A stretch of 64,000 nt of DNA from an uncultured Verrucomicrobiae bacterium. Lineage in GTDB: Bacteria; Verrucomicrobiota; Verrucomicrobiia; Chthoniobacterales; JAATET01. The notes under the pieces were generated by a model, which saw nothing but the letters and a program-made list of their open reading frames with translations, was not told the origin of the DNA and did no database searches. Of the stretch, positions 9,711-19,027 are shown piece by piece. The translations under genes and the position numbers were made by a program. The stretch spans positions 32,001 to 96,000 of the forward strand of contig CAVRCI010000012.1 of NCBI GenBank assembly GCA_963719495.1, written 5' to 3'. Within the stretch, counting starts at the first letter, position 1, and each line of letters opens with the position of its first letter.

Positions 9711-10607
9711 TCAGTCCTCGGACTCGATACCGATGGAGCTGAGGATGCGTTGGAGGTCGTCGTTGCCATAATATTCGATGGTGATGCTGCCTTGTTTTTC
9801 ACCATGATGGACTACGACGCGGGTCGCCAGCCGGTGTTGCAATAAATTCTGAACCCGCTGGACCGCCGGTGACAAACCCGGGGCCTCTTTCGCACGTTTC
9901 CGCTCGCCGCCGTTCGACCCCTGACCCGTCTTCGCCAGATGCGCGGCCGCGAGTTTCTCCGTCGCCCGCACCGATGCCGACTGCCGGATCACCATGTCCG
10001 CCAACAACTTCTGTTCGTCGTGCGTTTTCAGCGAAAGCAGCACCTTCGCGTGGCCGACCGAGACCTGCCCCTGCCGCACCATCACCTGCACGTCGGGATG
10101 CAGATCGAGCAACCTCATCGCGTTGGCCACCGACGCGCGGCTCTTCCCCACGCGCTTGGAGATCTCCTCCTGGGTCAGGCCGAACTCCCGGGACAACCGC
10201 GAATACGCCGAGGCTTCTTCGATCGGATTGAGATCCTCGCGCTGGAGATTCTCGATGAGCGCCAGCTCCAGAACTTCCTGGTCCGAGGCCTGCCGGACGA
10301 TCGCCGGAGCCTCCAGCACACCGACCTCCTGCGCCGCCCGCCACCGCCGCTCGCCCGCGATCAGTTCGTAAACGTCGCCCGCCTTCCGCACGATGAGCGG
10401 CTGAATGATCCCGCGTTCGCGGATCGACTCGACCAACTCCGTAAGCTGGTGCGGTCGGAATTCGTGCCGGGGCTGCAGCGGGCTCGGAATGATCTTCGTC
10501 AACGCGATCACCTGGATGCGCTCGCCATTGCTCGCGGACGGCTGGGGATCCGCAACCCGAGTATTGATGAGCGCGCCGAGTCCTTTTCCGAGCGCCTGCT
10601 TTGCCAT
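9711..10607 (-). CDS. parB: ParB/Spo0J chromosome partitioning protein
   Basis: LGKGLGALI N-terminus, GIIQPL, IAGERRWRA box, ENLQREDLNPIEEA and HTH. Confidence 0.95.
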   Translation of the reverse strand: MAKQALGKGLGALINTRVADPQPSASNGERIQVIALTKIIPSPLQPRHEFRPHQLTELVESIRERGIIQPLIVRKAGDVYELIAGERRWRAAQEVGVLEAPAIVRQASDQEVLELALIENLQREDLNPIEEASAYSRLSREFGLTQEEISKRVGKSRASVANAMRLLDLHPDVQVMVRQGQVSVGHAKVLLSLKTHDEQKLLADMVIRQSASVRATEKLAAAHLAKTGQGSNGGERKRAKEAPGLSPAVQRVQNLLQHRLATRVVVHHGEKQGSITIEYYGNDDLQRILSSIGIESED

Positions 10608-10647
10608 GAAGGCCGGATGGTAGGGACGGTAACCCGACAAATCAAAC

Positions 10648-11364
10648 TTGATCCTCGCCCCCGTCCAAAGAAACCTCCCACTCGTGCTCGCCCGCCTCGC
10701 CGTCTGGAACGACCCCGCCATCCACTCCGGCCCGGTTCACATGGCCACCGACGAGCTGCTTCCGCGGGAAAATGGCCCGCCCGTCCTGCGACTCTACCGC
10801 TGGGCCCGACCGGAGATCACCTTCGGCTACCCCCAACGCTGGTCCGACGTCGAACCGCTCGCCGGCGACCGACCCGCCACCCGCCGCTGGACCGGCGGCG
10901 GCCTCGTCGAGCACGGTGCGGACCTCACGATCACCCTGGCCGTCCCCGCGAACGAATCCCTCGCCGGCCTCCCCCCCACCGAATCCTACCGCACCATCCA
11001 CACGGCCATTCGGAATGCCCTCGCTTCAGCGGAACCGACCATCCGCCTCGCCACCGCCGCCGAAGCCCACCCCGGCCTCGCCTGCTTCACCAGCCCCGCC
11101 TGCCTCGACGTCCTCTTCAATGGGCAAAAAATCGTCGGCGGAGCCCAACGCCGCACCCGCGCGGGACTCCTCTATCAAGGAAGTCTCCAGAAACTCGACC
11201 CACCGGCCGACTTTGCCGAAAAATTAGCGCTCGCGCTCGCGCTCGAATTCACCCCGCTCGATCCGACCCTGGCGCCCGACCCCGCCGACGTCGCCCACCT
11301 CGCCGCCAGCCGCTACGCCAACCCGATCTGGAACTCAACCCGCCGCGTCCCCGTCGTCCGCTGA
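10648..11364 (+). CDS. Lipoate-protein ligase A / BPL-LPL family protein
   Basis: MATDE, LRLYRW, RRWTGGGLVEH and KIVGGAQRR motifs. Confidence 0.85.
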   Translation: MILAPVQRNLPLVLARLAVWNDPAIHSGPVHMATDELLPRENGPPVLRLYRWARPEITFGYPQRWSDVEPLAGDRPATRRWTGGGLVEHGADLTITLAVPANESLAGLPPTESYRTIHTAIRNALASAEPTIRLATAAEAHPGLACFTSPACLDVLFNGQKIVGGAQRRTRAGLLYQGSLQKLDPPADFAEKLALALALEFTPLDPTLAPDPADVAHLAASRYANPIWNSTRRVPVVR

Positions 11365-12162
11365 TCCCGTCAGCGCCGAACGCGTCCGGATATTCGTCCC
11401 GCAAAGGCCCCGCCGCGACCTTTCCCCGACGAAATCCAGAAACCGCCGCGCCGTCGGTCCCCATTCCACCGTCTTCGCCTCCTCGAGAGCCTGCGTGATG
11501 TTCAACCCGCTTCGGTAGATCAGCAGATACGCCCTTTTGACGTCCGCCCGCTCCGCCGCGCCGATCCCCTTTCGCCGCATCCCCACCGCGTTCAACCCGC
11601 GCAAAGTATTGATGATCAGCCCCGTCGTGAATGGCGGGATGTCCTTCGTCCAAGCCGTGCCGCCGCGAATCATCGTCAGGTCGCCCACGCGAATGTGCTG
11701 ATGGAATACCGAGCCACCACCCACCACGATGTCGTCGCCCATGATCACGTGACCCGCGAATAGACAATTGTTCGCGATCACGTTCCGATTCCCGATCTCG
11801 ACGTTGTGGCCGAGATGCACTCCGACCATGAGAAAATTCCCGTTCCCGATCCGCGTCGACGTCCCTTCCTCCGTCCCCCGGTGGATCGTCACGTGCTCAC
11901 GAAAACGATTATCGTCCCCGATCACCACCTCGCTCGAGATCGAGTCATCGTGCCCGTAATCCTGCGGAGCCTCCCCGATCACCGCGCCGTAGCCGACGTA
12001 ATTCCGATCGCCCATCGTCACCCGATTCGTGATCACCGCATGCGGGCGAACCACACAATCGTCCCCCAACACGACGCCATCATCGACGATGGCGTAGGCC
12101 CCAATCTCCACGTTCGCCCCCAACCGAACCCCCGACCCCACAATCGCCGTCGAATGAATCAT
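11335..12162 (-). CDS. lpxA: Acyl-ACP--UDP-N-acetylglucosamine O-acyltransferase (LpxA paralog)
   Basis: Hexapeptide repeats; PQD, TIHRGT, HLGHN, KDIPPF and GLNAVGMRR motifs. Confidence 0.88.
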   Translation of the reverse strand: MIHSTAIVGSGVRLGANVEIGAYAIVDDGVVLGDDCVVRPHAVITNRVTMGDRNYVGYGAVIGEAPQDYGHDDSISSEVVIGDDNRFREHVTIHRGTEEGTSTRIGNGNFLMVGVHLGHNVEIGNRNVIANNCLFAGHVIMGDDIVVGGGSVFHQHIRVGDLTMIRGGTAWTKDIPPFTTGLIINTLRGLNAVGMRRKGIGAAERADVKRAYLLIYRSGLNITQALEEAKTVEWGPTARRFLDFVGERSRRGLCGTNIRTRSALTGSADDGDAAG

Positions 12163-12216
12163 CAAGCCCAGATGCTCCCCACGGATCGGCGCGCTGTCAA
12201 TACGGTGAGGAACCAC

Positions 12217-12455
12217 GGATGGGTGAACAAATTCTCAGAACCAATCATGGCAGAGAGATCGATCGTTCGCGGGAACAACGTCTGATCGAGAAGCTTCGGG
12301 CTCACCCCGAGTTGACCGGGCGGATTGAAACGATTTTGGAGCTGACCGAAAGCGGAGACGGGAAGTTCAAGCCTGCGGACGAAGTCGAAGGGATGCTCGT
12401 CGAGGAAGTGCGGCGCATCGGCGACGTGGCGAAGTTTTCTGGCTCCTTCCCCTAG
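12217..12455 (+). pseudogene. Truncated IS transposase N-terminus (ISKra4/Mutator-like, recognised from memory)
   Basis: EKLRAHPELTGRIETILELTESGDGKFKPADEVEGMLVEEVRRIG resembles the N-terminal region of ISKra4-type transposases; ends with no catalytic domain. Confidence 0.55.
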
Positions 12456-12557
12456 CCGCCTGACCTCGGACTCATTTTCAATCACACCCGCGATCACCAC
12501 CACACCTCCCCAAGCCTTGATTCCCCCCCGACCATCCGAAATACTCCGTCCTCACCA

Positions 12558-13715
12558 ATGAGCACATTCACCCCCGTCACAAACCGGAAGATCCGCCTCG
12601 GCATGGTCGGAGGAGGCCGCGGAGCCTTCATCGGAGCCGTCCACCGCACCGCCGCCGCCATCGACGGTCAGATCGAACTCGTCTGCGGCGCCTTCTCGTC
12701 CGACGCCGACCGATCCCGCGAATCCGGTGCCGACTTCTTCCTCCCCGCCGACCGCTGCTACCCCTCCTACGAGGCCATGATCGCCGCCGAGGCCGCCCGG
12801 CCCGCCGACGACCGCATGGACGCCGTCGCCATCGTCACGCCGAATCACGTCCACTACGAACCCGCCCGCCTCGCCCTCGAAAGCGGCTTTCACGTCATCT
12901 GCGAAAAGCCCGTCACCTTCGACCTCGAACAGGCGGAAAAACTTGCCACCCTCGTCGCGAGCACCGGCCTCCGCTTCTGCCTCACGCACAACTACACCGG
13001 CTACCCGATGGTCCGCGAAGCCCGCGAACTCGTCCGCCGCGGCGACCTCGGCCCGATCCGCAAGATCGTCGTCGAATACCCGCAAGGCTGGCTCGCCACC
13101 GACCTCGAATCCTCCGACCAGAAGCAGGCCACCTGGCGCACCGACCCGACGAAATCCGGAGCCGCCGGCTGCGTCGGCGACATCGGCACCCACGCCGAAA
13201 ACCTCGCCGAATTCATCTCCGGCTTGAAGATCGCCGAGCTCGCCGCCGACCTCACGACCTTCGTCCCCGGCCGCCGACTCGACGACGACGCCAACGTCCT
13301 CCTCCGCTTCGACAACGGAGCCAAAGGCGTCCTCCACGCCTCCCAAATTTCCGTCGGCGAGGAAAACGCCCTCAACATCCGGATCTACGGCGAGAAAGCC
13401 GGCCTCGAATGGCACCAGATGGAGCCCAACACCCTCCTCGTCAAATACCCCGACCGCCCCACCGAAATCCGCCGCACCGGCGGCCCCACCGCCACCCCGG
13501 CAGCCACCGGAGCCACCCGCATCCCGGCCGGCCACCCCGAAGGCTACCTCGAAGGCTTCGCGAACCTCTACCGAGACTTCGCCGCCTCCCTCCGCGACCC
13601 AACCGCCGAACCCACCTACCCCACCATCGCCGACGGAGTCCGCGGCATGGCCTTCATCGAAGCCGTCGTCGCCTCCTCGCGTGCCAACGCCGCCTGGACC
13701 AAACTCCATTTCTAA
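12558..13715 (+). CDS. Gfo/Idh/MocA family oxidoreductase
   Basis: [22 protein letters not shown] and GDIGTH motifs. Confidence 0.92.
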   Translation: MSTFTPVTNRKIRLGMVGGGRGAFIGAVHRTAAAIDGQIELVCGAFSSDADRSRESGADFFLPADRCYPSYEAMIAAEAARPADDRMDAVAIVTPNHVHYEPARLALESGFHVICEKPVTFDLEQAEKLATLVASTGLRFCLTHNYTGYPMVREARELVRRGDLGPIRKIVVEYPQGWLATDLESSDQKQATWRTDPTKSGAAGCVGDIGTHAENLAEFISGLKIAELAADLTTFVPGRRLDDDANVLLRFDNGAKGVLHASQISVGEENALNIRIYGEKAGLEWHQMEPNTLLVKYPDRPTEIRRTGGPTATPAATGATRIPAGHPEGYLEGFANLYRDFAASLRDPTAEPTYPTIADGVRGMAFIEAVVASSRANAAWTKLHF

Positions 13716-13743
13716 TTCCCCATTTCTAATTTCTAATTTTCCC

Positions 13744-14736
13744 ATGAGATCAATCACCCTCTTCACCGGCCAATGGGCCGACCTCCCGCTCGCCGAACTC
13801 CTCCCGAAGATCAAATCCTTCGGTTACGACGGCGTCGAACTCGCCTGCTGGGGCGACCACTTCGAAGTCGATCAGGCCGACGCCGCCTACTGCGAAGCCA
13901 AGCACGCCCTCCTCGCCGAGCACGGCCTCGTCTGCCACGCCATCTCGACCCACCTCGTCGGCCAGGCCGTCTGCGACCTCATCGACGAACGCCACCAAGC
14001 CATCCTCCCCCCAGCCGTCTGGGGCGACGGCGAGCCCGAAGGCGTCCGCCAGCGCGCCGCCGAAGAGGTCATCCGCACCGCCCAAGCCGCCGCCCGCTTC
14101 GGCGTGAAGGTCGTCAACGGCTTCACCGGCTCGTCCATCTGGCACCTCCTCTACGGATTTCCGCCCACCGCCCCCGGCCAGATCGAGGCCGGCTTCGCCG
14201 ATTTCGGCAGACGTTGGACCCCCATCCTCGACGCCTTCTCCGAAGCCGGCGTCCGCTTCGCCCTCGAAGTCCACCCCAGCGAAATCGCCTTCGACATCGC
14301 CTCCGCCAGACAAGCCCTCGCCGCCGTCGACCACCACCCCGCCTTCGGCTTCAACTACGACCCCTCGCACCTCGGCTACCAGGGCGTCGACTACGTCCGC
14401 TTCATCGAAGAATTCTCCGACCGCATCTTCCACGTCCACATGAAGGACGCCGCCTGGGGCCCCAACCTCGCCGACGCCGGCGTCTTCGGCGGCCACGTCC
14501 CGTTCCATTCCCCGGGCCGCTACTGGGATTTCCGCTCCGTCGGCCGCGGCAACGTCGACTTCGAACGCGTCATCCGAGCCATCAACCACATCGGCTACAC
14601 CGGCCCGCTCTCCGTCGAGTGGGAGGACGGCGGAATGGACCGCGAACACGGAGCCAAGGAAAGCTGCGAATACGTCCGCAAAATCGACTTCCCCCCATCG
14701 GACCTGGTCTTCGACGCCCAATTCGCCGACAAGTAG
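13744..14736 (+). CDS. Sugar phosphate isomerase/epimerase (xylose-isomerase-like TIM barrel)
   Basis: [24 protein letters not shown] and SVEWED motifs. Confidence 0.9.
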   Translation: MRSITLFTGQWADLPLAELLPKIKSFGYDGVELACWGDHFEVDQADAAYCEAKHALLAEHGLVCHAISTHLVGQAVCDLIDERHQAILPPAVWGDGEPEGVRQRAAEEVIRTAQAAARFGVKVVNGFTGSSIWHLLYGFPPTAPGQIEAGFADFGRRWTPILDAFSEAGVRFALEVHPSEIAFDIASARQALAAVDHHPAFGFNYDPSHLGYQGVDYVRFIEEFSDRIFHVHMKDAAWGPNLADAGVFGGHVPFHSPGRYWDFRSVGRGNVDFERVIRAINHIGYTGPLSVEWEDGGMDREHGAKESCEYVRKIDFPPSDLVFDAQFADK

Positions 14737-14794
14737 GGGAGCGCACGCGTCCCCGCGTGCGAGATGCGGCGTCCCGCCGCATCAAGCCCGGCAA
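14736..14794. repeat. REP-like family B double hairpin (59 bp)
   Basis: Identical copy at 16930-16988; structurally covarying variant at 22133-22179. Confidence 0.85.
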
Positions 14795-14911
14795 ATCGAG
14801 CGAAGCGAGAGAGCCGAATCCGCTCAGAAGCGGCGATTTGCGATTCGCTTCGCCCGGCTCCGCATCGCTCCGGCTGCCGAACCGACCCAAACGGCGAAGC
14901 CGTCACTCCCC

Positions 14912-16150
14912 TCACAAAAGCACCCCCACCACGGTAGCCGAAAGGTAACAAGCCAGCACCCCACCCACCATCGCGCGAAGCCCGAGCCGCGCCAAATCCC
15001 CCCGCCGCTCCGGCACCAGCGACCCGATCCCGCCGATCTGAATCGCAATGCTCGACAAATTCGCGAACCCGCACAGCGCGTAAGCCGTTAGAATAAAGCT
15101 TCGTTCGTCCATCGTGTCCTTCAGCTGCGCGAGACTCAGATACCCAATGAACTCATTGAGAACGATCCGCTCGCCCAGCACCTGACCCGCCACCGCGCAA
15201 TCCTCCGCCCGGATCCCGATCACCCAGGCAAACGGCCAGTTCAACCACCCCAAAAACTGCTGCAACGTCACCGGCTCCGCCACCCCCAGCGCCGCCTGCG
15301 GAGCCGTCACCAACGCGTTGAGCAGCGCCACGATCGCCACGAACGCGATCAGCATCGCGATTACGTTGATCGCCAGCATCATCCCATCGCCCGCCCCCCG
15401 GCACAGCGCATCCAGCCCGTTCGAAGTCGTCCGCTCCACCTCCGCCGAAGCCTCCGCCCCCGTCTCACTCTCCTCCGTCTCCGGCAGCATGATCTTCGCG
15501 ATGATCAATCCAGCCGGCGCACTCAGCACCGACGCCGTCAGCAGATGCCCCGCGTCCACCCCCAGCTGCGCGTAAATCGCAAACACGCTGCTCGCCACCG
15601 TCGCGAACCCGCACGTCATGAGCGCCATCAGTTCACTCTGCGTCATCCCCTTCAAATAAGGCCGAATGAGCAACGGAGCCTCCGTCTGCCCGACAAAAAT
15701 GTTACTCGCCGCCGCCAACGTCTCGCTCCCACTCGTCCGCAGAAGTTTCCGCATCACCCAGGCCAACCCGTGGACCACTTTCTGCAAAATCCCGTAGTGG
15801 TAAAGCGCCGCCGAAATCGACGAAACCACCACGATCACCGCCGTCACCGTGACCGCGAAGACGTAGGCATTCGGGCCAAAAGCCGCCCCCAACTTCGCCC
15901 CATCCGCCAACGGCCCGAAGACCATTTGCGCCCCCACGTTCGCAAACTCCGCGATCTTCGCCACCCCCAACCGCGCCCCGCCGAAGACCGTTTTCCCCAA
16001 ATCCGTTTTCAGAATCAGCACCGCCAAAACGAACTGCAACCCGAGCCCCCAGACCACCGTCCGCCACGGAAACAACCGCTTGTGCCGCGACAACGCCCAA
16101 GCCAACCCCAGCATCACCACCAATCCCAGAAGACTCGTTAACTGCAACAT
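14912..16150 (-). CDS. NupC/CNT family nucleoside transporter
   Basis: SGSETLAAASNIFVGQTEAPL, GERIVLNEF and LCGFANLSSIAIQIG motifs. Confidence 0.92.
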   Translation of the reverse strand: MLQLTSLLGLVVMLGLAWALSRHKRLFPWRTVVWGLGLQFVLAVLILKTDLGKTVFGGARLGVAKIAEFANVGAQMVFGPLADGAKLGAAFGPNAYVFAVTVTAVIVVVSSISAALYHYGILQKVVHGLAWVMRKLLRTSGSETLAAASNIFVGQTEAPLLIRPYLKGMTQSELMALMTCGFATVASSVFAIYAQLGVDAGHLLTASVLSAPAGLIIAKIMLPETEESETGAEASAEVERTTSNGLDALCRGAGDGMMLAINVIAMLIAFVAIVALLNALVTAPQAALGVAEPVTLQQFLGWLNWPFAWVIGIRAEDCAVAGQVLGERIVLNEFIGYLSLAQLKDTMDERSFILTAYALCGFANLSSIAIQIGGIGSLVPERRGDLARLGLRAMVGGVLACYLSATVVGVLL

Positions 16151-16183
16151 CCCCACCCCTTTAAGCAATTCCCATTCCCCAAA

Positions 16184-16241
16184 CCGCCACCCCTTGCAAA
16201 ACTCCGATGCGGCCGCATCGGAGTTTTGCAAGGGGTGGCGG
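16184..16241. repeat. 58-bp perfect spacerless palindrome
   Basis: CCGCCACCCCTTGCAAAACTCCGATGCGG followed directly by its exact reverse complement. Confidence 0.95.
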
Positions 16242-16299
16242 CTGATTCGACGTCGGGCTGGCCAAATTTCGCCCACCCCGCCTAGTCTCCCGCCGCGCC

Positions 16300-16926
16300 A
16301 TGCAAGAAGCCTTCACGAATTGGATGACCGAGAGCATGACGTGGATCGAGGCCAGCGGCTGGGTGGGCTGGTTCGGGTTCATCGTCCTTTACGCCATCAC
16401 GTGCGTCTTCCTGCTCCCCGGCTCCCTCCTCACCGTCGGCGCCGGAGCCGCCTACGGCTTCTGGTCCGGCACCCTCCTCGTCACCATCGCCTCCGTCGCC
16501 GGAGCCGCCCTCAACTTCGCCACCAGCCGCTACCTCGTCCACAATTGGTTCCAGCGAAAATTCGCCCACAGCCCGAAATTCCGCGCCCTCGACCGAGCCA
16601 TCGCCCACGGCGGCTGGCGCATCGTCCTCCTCAGCCGCCTCTCCCCGGTCCTCCCCCACAGCCTCGTCAGCTACGCCTGCGGACTCACGACCATCTCCAT
16701 GACCCGATTCACCCTCGCATCGTGGATCGGTTTCATCCCCATCAGCGCCGCCTACGCCTACACCGGAGCCCTATTGGGAAAAATCGCGAGAGCCAAAGCC
16801 GGCCTCCCCCACGGAATCGAATCCTGGATCCTCTACGGCCTGGGCCTGGCAGCCACAATCGCCGTAACCGTCTATTCAGCAAAAATCGCCAACGAAGCCC
16901 TCCGAACAAAGGTCGACATCGAGTAG
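16300..16926 (+). CDS. TVP38/TMEM64 (DedA/VTT) membrane protein
   Basis: LPGSLLTVGAGAAYG, RLSPVLP and SYACGLT motifs. Confidence 0.9.
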   Translation: MQEAFTNWMTESMTWIEASGWVGWFGFIVLYAITCVFLLPGSLLTVGAGAAYGFWSGTLLVTIASVAGAALNFATSRYLVHNWFQRKFAHSPKFRALDRAIAHGGWRIVLLSRLSPVLPHSLVSYACGLTTISMTRFTLASWIGFIPISAAYAYTGALLGKIARAKAGLPHGIESWILYGLGLAATIAVTVYSAKIANEALRTKVDIE

Positions 16927-16980
16927 AGCGGGGAGCGCACGCGTCCCCGCGTGCGAGATGCGGCGTCCCGCCGCATCAAG

Positions 16981-17047
16981 CCCGGCAACCCGCGCCAGCG
17001 GGAGCCGCCCGCCCTCCACCAGTCACCAATCACCAATCACCAATCAC
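16981..17047. repeat. 28-bp repeat plus heptamer (TCACCAA)n tract
   Basis: 16981-17008 is identical to 53743-53770; CCTCCACCAGTCACCA(A/G)TCACCAATC recurs at about 56701-56727. Confidence 0.7.
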
Positions 17048-17070
17048 GCCGTAACCGGCCCCTCCACCAA

Positions 17071-19020
17071 TCACGCGACAAACTGCCGGTGCAAAATCTG
17101 CAAACACAACAAGTGGTTAAGCAAAGCATCCTTCCGCACCAGCGAAGCCGAGTCGCCATCCGCCCGATACCCGTCCAAAAACGCCCCAACCCGCCCCGCG
17201 TCGAACAACCCAGCCTCCCGCACGCTCCCCTCGTCCAGATACTTGTCGGTCAAAGCCCGCACCGCTTGCTGCTTTTTCACGTCGGTATGCGCCGGCGGAG
17301 CCATGAACGAAAACTTCTCCCGCTTATACAACACCTCCGGCAACACCCCCCGCACCGCCTCCCGCAGCACGTGCTTTTCGATGTTCCCCTTGATTCGCAA
17401 ATTCGGTGGCACGTGAACCGCCGCCTCCGCCACGTGGTGATCGAGAAACGCCGGTCGCGACTCCATCGAGTTCGCCATATCCACCCGGTCGCCGCCCCAG
17501 TTGAGAATCTGACTCTCCAGCATCGTCTTGCTCCACGTGTATTGCGACTTATCCAGCGGATGCCGCCCGCGCACCATCGACGGGTCGATTTCGCCCGCGA
17601 TCGCCGCCACCGGATCGTAAGCCCCGATCTCCTCGGCCGCGTCATCACTCAGCAAAGGCCGCGCGATCCCCAGCGTCGCGATCCAACTCTGAATCCATGC
17701 CGGCGTGAACCCGCACAAATCCTCCCAGGCTGGATGCGTCTCCGCCTGCTCGGAAAGCAAAGCCCCCTTGAAGATCGCGTTGAATTTCTCGAGCGCCGCC
17801 TCGTATTCCCGCCGCACGCTTGCCGGCTCGTCCGCCAGTCCGTGTTGAAACATGTCGCGCTTGAAAAACGCGTAGCCGCCGAAAAGCTCGTCCGCCCCCT
17901 CGCCCGTGATCACCGTCTTGTAGCCCGCGTCCCGCACGTGCTGGCTCATGCAATACTTCGCCACGCCCAGCGTGTTGTAGAACGACCGTTCCGTGTGCCA
18001 CACCGTCCGCTCGTAATTCTCGCCGTAAAGCTCCGCCGCCTGCAGCTTGATCACGTCGTGATCCGCCCCGACGCTCGCCGCCATCTCGCGCGCGATCACC
18101 GATTCATCGTAGTCGTCGCTGTCGAAGCTAATGGTAAACGCCTTCACCGGACTTTGCATCGCACCCGAAGCCATCCCGAGGATGCAACAGCTGTCGATGC
18201 CGCCCGAAAGATAACACCCCACCGGCACGTCCGCCTCGAGCCGATGCCCGACGGCCTCGACCAATTCCTTGCGAATCGTCGCCACGTGGTCCGCTTCCGA
18301 GCGCCCTGGGTCCCGCGCGTCCGCCTCCGGAAATTCCAGGTCCCAATACCGCCGCTCCTCCACGTCCAGCCGGTCGCCCCGCCGCTTCACGATCACCATG
18401 TGCCCCGGCTTCACGGCCTTGATGCCCTCGAACGCACTGGTCCCGAGCACCATCGTTTGCATCATCTGATTCAGCGCCGCCCGCCGATCCATCCGGCACG
18501 GAACGTCCGGATGCGCGAGCAGCACCTTGACCTCTGACCCAAAGTAAATCCCCTTCTCGGAAACGTGGTAAAACAAAGGCCGCACCCCGAAGCGATCCCG
18601 CACCAAGGCTAAACGATCCTCCTTCCGATCATACAGTGCGAAGGCAAATTCCCCCCGAATCTGCGGCATGAGATCCAGCCCATACTTGCGATACAACGGC
18701 ATCACCAACTCGCTGTCCGACTTCGTCACGAATCGCTCGCCCTCCGTCATCAGCGTCGACCGGATCCGCTTGTAATCGTAGAGCTCCCCGTTCATCACCA
18801 TCGACAAATCGTCGTCGCCGCTGGACAGCGGCTGACAACCCGTGTGCAGATCGACGATCGTCAACCGCGCGTGCCCCAGAGCCAAGCCCAGCTTGGGATC
18901 TACCTTCGTCCCGCGCCCATCCGGCCCACGGTGACGCTGCACGTCGATCATCCGGTTGAGGGCGCGTTCGTCGTCGGGCGCGAGGCCCGTCGGTTTGAAA
19001 AATCCGGCAATTCCGCACAT
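17071..19020 (-). CDS. asnB: Asparagine synthase (glutamine-hydrolysing)-like amidotransferase
   Basis: N-terminal MCGIAG (Ntn Cys), HRGPDG, RDRFGVRPL, LSGGIDS and TGEGADELFGGY motifs. Confidence 0.92.
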   Translation of the reverse strand: MCGIAGFFKPTGLAPDDERALNRMIDVQRHRGPDGRGTKVDPKLGLALGHARLTIVDLHTGCQPLSSGDDDLSMVMNGELYDYKRIRSTLMTEGERFVTKSDSELVMPLYRKYGLDLMPQIRGEFAFALYDRKEDRLALVRDRFGVRPLFYHVSEKGIYFGSEVKVLLAHPDVPCRMDRRAALNQMMQTMVLGTSAFEGIKAVKPGHMVIVKRRGDRLDVEERRYWDLEFPEADARDPGRSEADHVATIRKELVEAVGHRLEADVPVGCYLSGGIDSCCILGMASGAMQSPVKAFTISFDSDDYDESVIAREMAASVGADHDVIKLQAAELYGENYERTVWHTERSFYNTLGVAKYCMSQHVRDAGYKTVITGEGADELFGGYAFFKRDMFQHGLADEPASVRREYEAALEKFNAIFKGALLSEQAETHPAWEDLCGFTPAWIQSWIATLGIARPLLSDDAAEEIGAYDPVAAIAGEIDPSMVRGRHPLDKSQYTWSKTMLESQILNWGGDRVDMANSMESRPAFLDHHVAEAAVHVPPNLRIKGNIEKHVLREAVRGVLPEVLYKREKFSFMAPPAHTDVKKQQAVRALTDKYLDEGSVREAGLFDAGRVGAFLDGYRADGDSASLVRKDALLNHLLCLQILHRQFVA

Positions 19021-19027
19021 AAGAAGA

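Noticed and set aside
14736..16988. 59-bp direct repeats as the ends of an integrated nucleoside transporter/TVP38 cassette
   Set aside because: The repeat belongs to a dispersed family with a third variant, and there is no mobility gene or compositional shift; independent insertions are simpler.
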